The notes: a model not told the origin generated them from the sequence alone. A DNA stretch of 62,155 nt, filler included, from Rhabdomonas costata (GCA_019059605.1; 33 parts of 33 records of this genome joined end to end with filler, not necessarily neighbours in it); one strand, 5' to 3'; shown: positions 12,609 through 24,924, counted from the first letter of the whole stretch. Numbers and translations are program-made.

Positions 12609-13546
12609 CTATGAGGTGAGACGACAAAGCCTAAACATGAGATAAATACACGACCACTTCTATCATATGTCGCACCTACCGAGCGAGAACAATTCACTTT
12701 CACAGCATGAGACACCAGTCCCAGCATAAGCAAAAACAATTGCAGTAGGGCCTGTGCCGTTCACTCGATAAAAAGCGCTTAGAGGCGAGAAAGAAGGGGG
12801 AGCACCACAGACAACAGGTTAAAGTGAACCTCTATTTTCCTTAAAAGGAAAATGCAGCAGCCATCTCACCCAAACAGAACTTTTGCCCATCTTGCCCAAA
12901 CTTGGGACAGTGGTGGAAATCGGCTTGGATGAAATCGGTTATTTTTGTTCTCTCTGAAATATGAAAAAAAAAATCAAAGAATTGCTCATCACAAAGGTAA
13001 TCGTTTCTTCAGCAATGGTTACTGAAAGCCCATTAGTGTGGACATCCTTCACAAGATACACCGCATTACTGGAGCTGACCACAGCTTGAGAAGGAAAAAT
13101 TGAAAGCGATGNNNNNNNNNNNNNNNNNNNNNNNNNNNNNNNNNNNNNNNNNNNNTTAATTAATTAANNNNNNNNNNNNNNNNNNNNNNNNNNNNNNNNN
13201 NNNNNNNNNNNTGTGGTTTGTTGTGTGATATCCGTTGACCCCTTTTCAACCTTGACTTGAATCAACGATGGTCGACTCCAGGGGTGTGTATGCTTGCGCG
13301 GCTTCCTGTGAAAAAGCGCACATATTCTGTCAGTGGACAAGCTGAGGAAGGCACCCCTTTTCGGAGACCATTGGGGTGATGTGTCCGGAAATCTTCATCT
13401 TGGATTCGTAGAAGACATGCTGTTACCTCTTATCTTTTCGTGATGTGTTGGAAAGGGGGGATGGAGGAAGGATAGGGATGTGGTAGCGGGTGTGGGATCA
13501 GCGATAAGTGTCCTTGTTGTGAACTGGGCTATTTCCACCAATTCAG

Positions 13547-14665
13547 GGCTGAAAATTGCGCCTGCTTCGGAGCTGGAATGGGGTTCCAGCGCCGGGCTGA
13601 AGACTCCGTCCGTGGTGGAGTACGGACGGCCTCACACGCCGAAGGGCTGGAAGTACTGTGGCCACTTTCCCCGCAGTGCGGCGGCGTGGGTGATTCGCGA
13701 TGACTTTGCTGACGACTCGGGACCAGATGCAGCAAGCGCGAAACCCGGATGTCTGGCCCCTCCGGTGAACTTCGTGCAGGTCCCTTGTGCCAGCTGAGGG
13801 GCTCGGAAGATGAGTAACTGGATTCACCCAATCTGCTGAAAAAAAAAGAGAAGGGCTGGGTTTCCGCAAGTTTTGTGAGAAAATCAGAGTGGCAAACACA
13901 ATGGGTGGAGACTTGACGATACACCACATGGCACTCTGCCTTCCCCGTCTCCATCCTACCTTACCCCCCAATGCGCTTCCTTTCAGGATGCAACATATGC
14001 ACCCGTCCAAGCACTCTAACTGGCTACCTGGTTACCACTATACTCAGCAGCATCAGGGAGCTGACCTCTCCAGAACTCGGCGAAAGCGCGATAAAGGTCA
14101 CGGAGGTAAGCGCCGAATTCGATGGTTCTTTTGGGTTTCACAGGTCTGGGTGGATACTGGCACGAAGCTTCCGGAGAACTACACCATATGGAAGCCCATC
14201 CCCCGAGACGGCTACGTTGCTCTGGTGCGCGCCGATTTCCTTCTTCTGTCCTTTTTGCCTTGCGTTTCGCAACGCTGTATTTCCATCCACTCGCATCGAG
14301 ATACTGCATTCTCTCTATCGACGATCTGATCCCATGCGAAAGAACACACGTATGCAAGCGCGCGCGCGCACGCACACGCACACACACGCACACGTGCGCA
14401 TGCATGCTTCAGGGTTTGTACATCGCCTTTAAGACTCCGCCTGGCGAGAGGCCGTTCCCCAAGGACCCTGACCTGGTTTGTGTCCACGAGAGTTTGGTGC
14501 AGCGCTGTTGCCACTTCGTGGAGCCCAAGCTGTGGAGCCCGACGGGCTCAGGGGCCAAGGAGGTTGTCATTCTGGGAATAAAAGAGGACCATTTGCTGTG
14601 GCCTAGTGAGGCCTCGTTGCTATTTGTGGAGCGCCCGTCCGCCCTGCTGCCGCACCTTCTCCAGG
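13547..14665 (+). CDS. Vps62 / DUF946-domain protein, partial (3 exons)
   Basis: Exons 13547-13779, 14144-14224 and 14413-14665 (GT-AG introns) give ...LAPPVNFVQ|VWVDTGTKLPENYTIWKPIPRDGYVAL|GLYIAF...LVCVHESLVQRC...LWSPTGSGA. This matches the PP.DF..VW.D.G...IWRP.PP.GYVALG...CV...LV...W...GSGA pattern. Confidence 0.8.
14345..14407. repeat. Alternating purine-pyrimidine (CG/CA) tract in an intron
   Basis: cacacgtatgcaagcgcgcgcgcgcacgcacacgcacacacacgcacacgtgcgcatgcatgc lies directly upstream of the acceptor at 14412. Confidence 0.8.
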
Positions 14666-15280
14666 GTGTGTGGTTGACAAGACGGGGATCGGGCAGACAG
14701 AGACAGAGCACGGACTTTTCGTTGCGTGAACTCTCGCATGGGCTCCCTGACCTGTGTTCTTCCATTTTTACGACATACTGACACGTGCCTTTTTAACTTT
14801 CCGGGGCCCAAGTGGTTGGATTTGATTACCGGATGGTGGAATTGCGATCGGTTGCCACACCAGTTCCGCTAATGTGTTCTAGCATGGATTGGGGCCAGGG
14901 ATGTAGCCCCTCTCTCTGGCATGAGACTTTTCGGCGCCGTGTTCGGCTTAAGCACCTGGTGAAAAGTCTCATGCCAGAGAGAGGGGCTACAACCCAACNN
15001 NNNNNNNNNNNNNNNNNNNNNNNNNNNNNNNNNNNNNNNNNNTTAATTAATTAANNNNNNNNNNNNNNNNNNNNNNNNNNNNNNNNNNNNNNNNNNNNTG
15101 TGTTTGTTGGGGGTTTCGAAAAGGGTTGTGGAGCTTTGTGGAGTGCTGGTGCAAGTTTGCGAGGCGGAGGCGAGTCTTCTGTAAGCAGAGCAGCCAAAGG
15201 AACTAAGCAAGTGGAGCGTTGACGAATGGATCCTTTACGCGCGGCAGCCAATCGCCTCAATTAACTGGCCTGCTTCTCAG

Positions 15281-16343
15281 GAGGCAGCCTCTCAGCTGCT
15301 GACTTCCCTGATGAACAATGCCGCGACAACCTTCATGGCCATGATCACGCCCTCGATGCAGCTTTTGACCACTTTGGTGATGACCTTAGAGGGCTCGGGA
15401 ATGCTGAAGTGGGATGGCCGCACGATCGGCCGGAACTTCTCCGCGGTGGCGCTACCCCGGATCTACCCCCTGCTGTTCTACCCGCTGAAGTCGAGCCCCT
15501 ACATTTACGCGATGGGTTACTCTATTTTTTCGGACACAGTGTACAGGTGCGCACGTGCGGGGACGTTAGGAAACCTCAGAGGAGTTAACGCAGCAGTTCA
15601 TGCTGACTGCATACTGAATATACATTTCTACATGCCTGTTCGCCGCCTTCTCCTGTTTTCCTCGGTGCCACCTTTCTCCGTGTGAACCTTTTTCTGTTTG
15701 CTCTGCGATCACGGCACACGGCACACCTGTTGACGAATTTGCTGTCACTTTCCGCTGCTTGTCGTTTACTTGAAAGGGTTAGGGGTGACACAGATTGCGC
15801 GAGATGGGTGCAAGGTTGCACAGTTTTTGTGTGGTGGGTTCACAGCTACCCAGGGCAAAAACGGATCTCCGACGTGCAGTGGATTTCGCTCACTCGCTCT
15901 GACGTGGACGTGCTGACAAATGCCCAGGTGTCGAGTATATACACTGCGGAGATGATCATCAACTCCTTCCGTAACATCACTACTCTGACCTACTATATCT
16001 TGGATCAGAAAACTGGGGCCAAGCGGTTTCCCATATACCAGTCTTCCTCCACCTTGGGCATAAGCGCCATCACTATTGACCCGTCCACTCCGATATACTT
16101 CAAGTGGCGGCAGGACTTGTATTTCAACCCTGTGACGGGGCTGCCCCTGCTCTACTTTGAGTGCCACGTCCCCTTCGACGATGGGCTGGCCTCCCATGAG
16201 CTGCAAGTGTACACCGAGACGTACACGGTGAGCGCTTTCCTGAGGTCTATGCTGAATGGTCCGAAGGAGAGGCTTGCGCTCAGCTTTCACAACCCCACCG
16301 GCACCTTGATTGGTGCCTCCCACGGGAAGTTCTTCAGCCACAG
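15281..16343 (+). CDS. Extracellular sensor region of a euglenid-type receptor adenylate/guanylate cyclase-like protein, partial (2 exons)
   Basis: Exons 15281-15546 and 15846-16343 join in frame (TAC AG|C TAC) across a GTGCGC...CAG intron. The product ends in ETYTVSAFLRSMLNGPKERLALSFHNPTGTLIGASHGKFFSH, a Cache-like ectodomain end resembling the expanded Euglena receptor cyclases as I recall them. The catalytic domain is not in the contig. Confidence 0.6.
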
Positions 16344-17486
16344 GTTTCAGTGTTTGATGGGGTGTCTGTGAATTTCCTCCCGGATGTTGTTTGGACACTT
16401 CAATCAGGTGCTCACTTTAGTATCGCCCCAGTTGTGTTGTGCAGGGAATGTATAAGTGTCTGAGGCATTTTCCTGTGAATGGGTCCCGATGAATGACATT
16501 GTGCCTCGAAAGGGTACAGCAGCGTTTACATTGTTCCTGCCGAATACCGATCAGCCTGTGCTGTTTTTTGGTGAGTTTTTTCATACGCTTCTTCTGTATG
16601 ACCTCGCTGCACGACGGCAACTTCCGGAGGTAAGGTGTATGCAACAGCACAAGAAAAAAATACCGACTAGCGCCATCATGAATTGTGACAGGGAAAGTGC
16701 AGATGACATAAGCCATCTTTAAAACTGTCTGAGAATGGAAAGTCTAACAAGTGCAACCGCCACTCAGAACTGTTTCAGAGAAAAAGGCTATCCGCCAGTA
16801 TCACAGGCTTGCTTACCCTTGGGGAGGGTGTACTTTGCACTTCGCACTTTGGCCTCTCAGTGACTTCGACTTCAGCACAAACACCNNNNNNNNNNNNNNN
16901 NNNNNNNNNNNNNNNNNNNNNNNNNNNNNTTAATTAATTAANNNNNNNNNNNNNNNNNNNNNNNNNNNNNNNNNNNNNNNNNNNNTGTGTTGTTTCAAGA
17001 TCTCAGGAGCTTCATTTGTTAGATAATGGTGTGCGGGTTACAGCGGCGCGGAGGATATAAATGCACAAATGCCGCACACGACGGGGCAGTGAGAACAAGG
17101 GGCATGAATTTTGGAACCGTCGCCATTGCAGCCTTACAGATCGGTTGTGCCATGGACACGTTATTTCTCCCGCAGAGGAAGGGGGTCAGTACTCACGGCT
17201 TGTCGGAGTCTCTATTCGCAGCAAACCTTGAGATGACGGCATCTCACATTTATGATGGGGACTTCTCTCTATTTTCTTCTATTTCTATTTCTATTTCTTC
17301 TTTTCAAGCTCGCTTGGGTCTTCGCACCTCCGGCAACAAGCAAAAGGGAAGATCGCCCAGGCGGTCTCTATATCCTCTCGCTCTACTCCCAAGAAAGGAG
17401 AGTGACTGTGATTGTAACGAGCCGAGAAGCCGAGAGGTTGAGAGAACCATTCAGTCGACTCGTGCCCCCAGCTTGCATACACCCAC

Positions 17487-17702
17487 CTGGAAAATGCTTG
17501 GGTGGAAGCTCTTTACCACAACCGGCTGGTCCTTGTCTGGGCCCCGGACCCTGGAGGCTTCGAAGATGGAGCCGCTACTGTCCCGGCCCAGGCTGCGTTG
17601 CACCCGGTACTGCCGGGGCCACCCCATGTCGAGGAAGTTCTGCACCACTCGCTCCTCCGTCGCCGCTGTGGTGCCATTAGGGAGCGGGGAGGAAGTGGCC
17701 AT
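17487..17702 (-). CDS. Protein kinase-like N-lobe (first exon)
   Basis: ATG 17702 to donor GTGGGT at 17486: MATSSP...QYRVQRSLGRDSSGSIFEASRVRGPDKDQPVVVKSFHPSIFQ. This fits subdomains I-II (Y..R.LG.xS.G.[IV]..A...VVVK). Confidence 0.6.
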
Positions 17703-18876
17703 CGGGTTTAACCAAAACCAGAGATGTTTTTCTGGCCTCACGAGCGCGCTTCAGTAGGACGAACGAGCGATCAACAAAGAAAAAGATGCAAGAAGAGACA
17801 AAAATAGAAGGAGAGGGTAGGCTGGCCACAATCTGGAGAAGATTTGAAAACCACCTTATTACCAAGCTGCAAAGTTTTGCAAAACTTACTGAGCACCTCC
17901 CTTTCACGCCAATGCGTCAATGTTGAAAATTCGCCCCACAGTAATGAACTCTCTATGACGAAGCACCAATATGCCCCAAGATTGGCCTTGACCCTGGAGA
18001 GCGAGTTTTCAATTTATTTTGCAAAACGTTGTCTTGATTTCTATTTTATTTGGTGACGTGTAGGTTACCCAGAAAAAAATACCAAGGTTTGCGTTATATT
18101 CGTAGTTTTTGACAGCGAATCTTACATGAGTATCTCATGATGACATCACATGATGAGTGCGCACATCATGACACTTGATGGTATGCAGGCCTGCGAAGGT
18201 CCAAAAAGTGCTTCCTCAGGCCCTTTAGAATACTGCCACGTCGAACAGGCCTCAAAAGGGGGGGATAAGAGGAAATCTCACACACAAGGACACATCCAGA
18301 TGCAGGCTTGCCCAGAAATTCCTCTGCAAGGCCGCACGAAAGCCTCGCCACACAATGAACGGCCTCCAACCAAACCAGCGCCGTTTCTTCCCCGTTGCCG
18401 CCCCTAAAGCCGAGAGCAGCACCTCACTCACGACAGGCTCACAGAGCCGACCGCATTTTCGCCCCGAGCTCCGCCTCATGTCAGCGACTAAAACGTCGAT
18501 CTGCAAGTCGCAACACGCTGAACACGATGAACCGACGATGGTGTGGGCTGCATCTCGCTTCCGCATTCCCATGATGTCACACTGAAGACCTTGCCCTCTC
18601 GTTCACTGGAATGGTGGTGATCGAGCCATTGCAGGTCAAAGTCATAGTTACCATTCAAAATTTGACCGCATCTATATACATTGATATATTCAAAGAGCGT
18701 AAGAGCACCAAGCCCAACCAGATGTCAAAGCAAAACCGAAGGCGTACAGGCCACGAGTCGTGCCCCAACCACNNNNNNNNNNNNNNNNNNNNNNNNNNNN
18801 NNNNNNNNNNNNNNNNTTAATTAATTAANNNNNNNNNNNNNNNNNNNNNNNNNNNNNNNNNNNNNNNNNNNNGTGG

Positions 18877-19385
18877 GTTGTGGCATCTGAGTCGTACCCG
18901 CAATTTTGTTTTCGGAAAGTAGGGTGGCGGATTTTCTCGAGGTCATGCCGGGTAATCTTTACTCGGGCCGACGCCATGGCAGCGGGACAGGCGCAACTCA
19001 ATTACGCAAAAGGGGCAGGAAGTGCGCGCATTGAAGAGCAAAGATTGCTTCTGGCAAAAGTGGACAACGAGGCCGCAAGCTCACAGCTCAGGAAACGGTT
19101 TTCTTCCAGCATACATCACACCAAGACACCAAGGATGTTGTTGTTGCAGAATACATAGACAGGACAGTGCAGTTCAAAAACAAAGGCCGGTGGAACGGTT
19201 TTGATTTCCCTTACCAAAAGCTGTCAATTGATCATTCCGATCAATCAGCCCGTTGGGTACTAATGAGAAAGCATTCTACACAAAAATCGGGAGAAGTTGC
19301 TCCAGATCACGAAGATGCCAAGTACGCTTAATGCTAACCCTACTTTCCGAAAACAAAATTGCGGGTACGACTCAGATGCCACAAC
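18877..19385. repeat. Perfect 49-bp inverted repeat (arms 18877-18925 and 19337-19385)
   Basis: gttgtggcatctgagtcgtacccgcaattttgttttcggaaagtagggt and its exact reverse complement. The left arm sits at the contig start. Confidence 0.9.
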
Positions 19386-20930
19386 AGTCAACACAGAACT
19401 GCACAGAAGCTCGCAAGCGCCGCATGGAGGCTGGGAACAAACTCCCAGAAACGAGCCCCTGGGGGCTGCGGCCGCTTCGAAACCAAACACAGAATGCTGT
19501 CTCACCCCTGCACGTTTCCTTCGGGTGCCGGCCGCTCTCGTATTCTCGTTCTCGTAAAGCATTGGAATGTGGGAAGTACTAGGTGATGCCGAAGGCGAGC
19601 ATCTCCCAAAAGCCTCCCGCAACACAAAGCGAGAGAGCAGGGAGGAGGGCACAGGACGGGACCCAGTTCTCGCAAGACAAAAAAAAGAAATAAAGCAGAA
19701 CAGCGTTGTGTGTTATCATCCCGGAGAATGTCACCGTATATATATGCACGACGAGCAATCTATCCCGGAGACGCAAGATTGATCGGGTTCAGCAGGATGT
19801 GGAAAATGTGAAGAACGCATTACAGCACCGGGCTGCGCACTCTTTCCCCACGAGAGTGGTTTCATCGGGACAGTGTTGGTTGGCACGTCATTGATGGAAA
19901 CTTGGCTCGGTTGATGGGTCGGGAAAATCCAAATCTCTTAGTGAGAATCTGTACCACAGATTCTCTCCGTGTCCGTGTGAAAAGCACTGTTCTTGTTCTG
20001 GTCTCGCAATTATGCCTTTTCAGTTTTTGGTGTCTCTTGCCTTCTGCCACAAGTGCTTCTGACACGCTTATGCCTTTCTGCACTTTGGACACTGGACAAT
20101 GGTTTTCCTGAATTTCACTTGTTGAAAAACGCTTCTTTTTCAGTCAGGGTGGCGGAAAAAAAGAAGCGCGATTTCGACCCGATGCTGAAAGATGTGATTG
20201 AAGGCGACGGTTCTGCGATGGCTCCGAACAATCTGCACATGCAAACACACGAGCACATGAAAAACAAAACCTTTCTAATCCGAGGGTCATCAACCCGTTC
20301 AAGCGGGCGAGGCCATCGGAGACTCAAAGAAGAAAGAAGAAAGAAGCACAGCAAGCCGCACAACCCCTGACTACTGGAGAACTTCGCTCTTGACAACCGC
20401 TTGCGCTGCAAACTTTTCCACAATCACATCATCAAGGGTACAGGCGGGAAAGGAGCGAGGTAGTTTGCAGACGACTTCCAAGAACATCGCCTGCTGCGCA
20501 ACGAATCCTTCCATCCGTGAGGAGATGACACAGGAGAATGACGAAAAGTGAGGAGGCTGCTAAAGGTGGAGGGAGGGAGAATGACAGAAGCTCAGCGCTG
20601 CTTGTCCCGGTGTAGGGAAATCATCAGCACAAAGGCTACCACGCGGTACACCACACANNNNNNNNNNNNNNNNNNNNNNNNNNNNNNNNNNNNNNNNNNN
20701 NTTAATTAATTAANNNNNNNNNNNNNNNNNNNNNNNNNNNNNNNNNNNNNNNNNNNNGGTTTGTTTTCGTTCCCGCCAGCTTCTCGTCTGCGCACATCTT
20801 TTGAATTGGTCCGTCGTCTGGGAATTGTGGAGGTCTTCTTCGCATTCACTAAATATGGCTGGGTACGGACCCCGACTACCCAGCCATGTCCTCTGGGTCT
20901 TTCTCGCTGTAGTTGCTCAGCAGAAGGAAA

Positions 20931-20933
<3 letters not shown>

Positions 20934-20965
<32 letters not shown>
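20934..20965. repeat. (CT)n microsatellite in a polypyrimidine tract
   Basis: About 16 CT units just upstream of the acceptor at 20981. Confidence 0.95.
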
Positions 20966-20970
<5 letters not shown>

Positions 20971-20981
20971 ATTATGTTCAG

Positions 20982-22470
20982 GACCCCGTGTTCCGAGCGC
21001 AGCTGACGGGGGAGATGGTGGCTGTCCTGCAGGCCCTAAAGCTTGGGTTGGAGATTCGGTTCTGCGACCGTCTGAACACTGTCTCCGTGGACATGCTGCT
21101 GAAAAAGTGCTTCTGTGTCGCGTTGGCTTCCGGCTCGAAGGAGTTTCCCATCACTGCCATCGAAGAGCATTGCAATTCGATTTCATTCAGTGCTCTCACG
21201 TTCTGCCGGTTACTGCCGGTGGGTCTTTCCATTGATAACATGTGTGTGTGGAGTTGGCGATTGACGCTTAACGCTGTCAAACCGTTTTCAAACTGTGCAA
21301 ACGAGTGACATAGCACTGATTAATGAGGGAGGCGAATAAGCGGCGCGTCTGAAGCGGGCGCCGGAGGGGGGACTTCTTGAAGGTGCAGATAAAATTCCGC
21401 TTCGACGTTTCACACCGTTAACTGGTCAAAAAGTCCTTTGAGGTATTTTTCCTGGTCACTGGGGTCAGAGGTACCAGAAACTTCCCACATGAAGTTCTCA
21501 ATTTTTTTTTCACTTTTTTGCAGTGGGTTTGGATAGGTTTGGATGAGGTGCTGGTGTGAAACGCTTCACATCGCTAAATACGCCGTTAAACCCATTACCG
21601 CTTAGCTCCTATTTTTTTGCACGTGTCCGGGGGGGTGGCGTTTTAGTTGGGTGATGTTGTGGCTGTGCAGTCGGAGTGTTAAAGAGTTGGAGGCCATGGC
21701 CGACGCTGCGCTCACTGTGGCGGTGGCAGAGGCTGTGAAGCGGGGGCTGCCCATCCACGGCTGCCAGAGCTTTATCCTGCCCTCCTTCCCAGAGCTGTTC
21801 CAGGAGAGGCAGCGCGTGATGGCACACTACGCGCGCCAAGCCACCGAGGAGCGCGATGCCCTGGTCGCACCCACCCATCTCCTTTGCTTCAGGGGCAAGC
21901 AGACCAAACCGTGCAAAGAGCGGTTATTATGAATACCACTATCGTCTGAAATTATGGAAGTGTTGGCTGGCACAGGTTCGTGAGTGCACATTCGTCTGAA
22001 ATTATGGAAGTGTTGGCTGGCACAGGTTCGTGAGTGCACATTGAGGGCGACTCAGGAAAGATCTGGGTTTCGCAGGGGTCGAGGGCGATCCACGTGACGA
22101 GAATACTCATCTCCTTAGCGACCACTGAACCTCCATGGTCCGCACCAAGATGCTTGGGCTACCTTGCGAGACCCTTATGAGGTAATCTAGTCGTGCTGCA
22201 GGCCTGAAGCGTGGGCTCTACGAATCAAAACCCGTTTTTGAACGCAAAGTATTGCACCTTTCGAGACCCCCTTCCCAATGGCCCCCTCTCCCCCGTTCCC
22301 TGCAGGTTGTGGTGAACAAGCACCACATGGAGGGGATCGCCTCACTGTGGGACCCCCCGGTTGGCCCGGTGGACGAGCTCCTGGTCTCCCCGCCCTTTGC
22401 CGTGGAGACCCAGCTGCAGTCCCGGGGGCTGCTGCTGGCCCTGTGCAAGGCATACAATCAGACGGACTGA
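20982..22470 (+). CDS. Unidentified protein, 3 exons
   Basis: Exons 20982-21208, 21671-21863 and 22306-22470 (or ending at a GC donor at 22450) splice in phase with G/C-rich third positions: DPVFRAQLTGEMVAVLQALKLGLEIRFC...FCR|RSVKELEAMADAAL...EERDAL|VVVNKHHMEGIASLWDPP... Confidence 0.6.
21942..22042. repeat. Exact 50-bp tandem duplication (intronic)
   Basis: tcgtctgaaattatggaagtgttggctggcacaggttcgtgagtgcacat at 21942 and again at 21992. Confidence 0.92.
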
Positions 22471-24337
22471 TTTTACTACAGCGACGGCTGCATGCTTTTC
22501 TTATCATTCACCAAACTCAGGCTGTAATTAGAAGCGATTCATCTGTCNNNNNNNNNNNNNNNNNNNNNNNNNNNNNNNNNNNNNNNNNNNNTTAATTAAT
22601 TAANNNNNNNNNNNNNNNNNNNNNNNNNNNNNNNNNNNNNNNNNNNNTTAGGTGGTTCAGCGTGTCCCCGAGTACCTGGAAAGTGGCCTGGGAGACAAAA
22701 TACGGTATGGAAATGGCTGCTTTGTCCCGAAGGGGCGGCAGGTTTTTTTTGGAGTAAATCTCCTTTCATGCTTTTAGGTGCACAATGCGAAGTTTCGGCG
22801 TAAAGGACAGGTTTTTTGAAGATATCATTAGGCGACGTACTGACTTCCCTAATTTTGTAATAGTCTCCAGTCGAAGCAGTGCAAGTACACAGATTTGAAA
22901 ATCCGTCCGGGCCAGCATCGACTGAGTGAGTTTGGTGGGCACCAGGCGGCCAAGAGCCGTTTGCCTGGGTCCCGTTCGCGGGGATAGAAGCAGGTTGGTT
23001 TTGGTACATACGTTGTGGGTGCCGTCGATAAACCTGTGGCAAAAGATTTAAGAAAAATTAAGGAAAGAGCTGCCAAGGGGCACGGGTGGGTATCTGAGCG
23101 TGCAACCGGCCTACGCAGGGTTTTGGGAGGCCCAATATATACACAAATACCCCTGGCCTGCTTCGGCATCGCCCTGCGTCTTTGTACCCACTTCACCCCC
23201 TTCCCCTCTATCCCATTATTACCCTCCTCACCGGTAACTTCTCTTCTTTCACTAATTGCATTTGCTCCTTTGCTCCATGTGCTGTGGTGGGGCTGGTCGC
23301 GCATATTCGCTATGGTGGAAAAAGAAAAATCGTTTCATCCCTCGCTTTGTGATGCCACACACACACACACCTCACGTTCCATCTCCCCTCACAGAGTTCA
23401 CCGTCGACACGGTGCATGTGTAGCGGATGACACCCTCCCTTCTCTGAAGCTCTTGGTGACAAGGGAGGTGAAGAACGCGATGCCCTTGTCTTTTGTGGGC
23501 GAGAGGGTTAGGCTGGTTAGTACTTACTGCAATCGCGTGGGCGCAGCTCTTGCTGTGCCCCCACCATTTCTGCTTCCATATTGTTGCGTGCTATTCCCTT
23601 CCTCGACCGATGTGTGAGCAGCTCTGCTTGGCATTTCCCCCGTTGCATGTGTTGGTGGTGGTGAGTTTTTGTGTGCATGTGTATGACCAGCGGCGTCGCG
23701 TTGTTCTGTCGCTTTGATTTTTTTATGCTGATCGGCAAACTTTGCAATCGTGCCGGACTTTGGACACTGAACCTTTCACTTCGTGCTCCAGTGCCGCTAT
23801 GCAATTGAAAAGATCAGAAGAAAAAGAGGAGGCCGCACATTCGTGTGCTCGAGCTGAAGAGCGCGACGTGAGAGCTGCTTGGTGTCGATGTGGACAGGAA
23901 GTGTTCTCTGGGGATGTCAGGATGGAGTTTTTTCCCTCTTCTCTCCCACTCCCCGCACGCGTCTGATGCCTATGACTCTGATGTGCGGGGAGCTGGAGAA
24001 CACTTGCGCACCCTGTAAATGCCCAGGGCGATGGAAGGCTGCGACGTGCATTCCGGCCTTCACTTTTCCTTGGGGTGAGGTCTGCTTTTTCGAATCCAGT
24101 GGAACCCTTGCTTTCTATTTTCATTGTCTCTGATGATTTCTTCATGTCTCTGATGTGGAGGTTTTGCTCTGGACACCTTTTGCGCGTGTGGAGGATACAA
24201 CTTGCTTACTAACCTGATGTGCCCTGTGTAAAGCCGTGCTTTACTTCAACCTTTTATTGCAACTGTGGCTTACACTCCGACCCTGGACTAATTAATGCTG
24301 CATGTAATTTCCATGATCTCTAGACGCAGGAACGGGG

Positions 24338-24433
24338 ACATACAGACATACAGACAGACTACTTCGCGCAAAAAAAAAAGCGCAGCTCAAATCTGACACA
24401 GACAGACAGACAGACACAGACAGACACACACCC
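24338..24433. repeat. (ACAG)/(AC) simple repeats at contig end
   Basis: gacatacagacatacagacagac...gacacagacagacagacagacacagacagacacaca. Confidence 0.8.
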
Positions 24434-24924
24434 NNNNNNNNNNNNNNNNNNNNNNNNNNNNNNNNNNNNNNNNNNNNTTAATTAATTAANNNNNNNNNNN
24501 NNNNNNNNNNNNNNNNNNNNNNNNNNNNNNNNNGGTGGGGTTGTACCCGAAAAATCTGCACACAGGGGAATTGCAACCAAACTCTGGAACTCCAAACCAC
24601 ATCTTGGGAACCCAATCTTGAACAACCCATGAGGTCACCTTCCAAAACACCTGACTGGTCCCTGGGAACTCACTTCTCACTTCATTTCTAGTGCCGTGTG
24701 AGGTAGGTACTCTCGGAGAGGACAGGTTTGAGTGGTTTGGACAGGTTGACGGGATAGCTAGGTAGACAAATTGAGCATGTTCAACCATTGTGAAATCCAA
24801 ACTGCCAGCCCATTGTGATGAAAGCGAGCCGGACACTGTCCTCACATGCTGCAGCCACCAGGTCCACGAGATCAAAATTACCGGCAAGAAGGAGACCGCG
24901 CCACTCTCTTCTCGCCGCAGTGAC

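Noticed and set aside
22652..23507. Two possible exons (22652-22741 and 23395-23507) of an unknown gene
   Set aside because: The splice sites are plausible, but the frame is ambiguous and no motif supports them.
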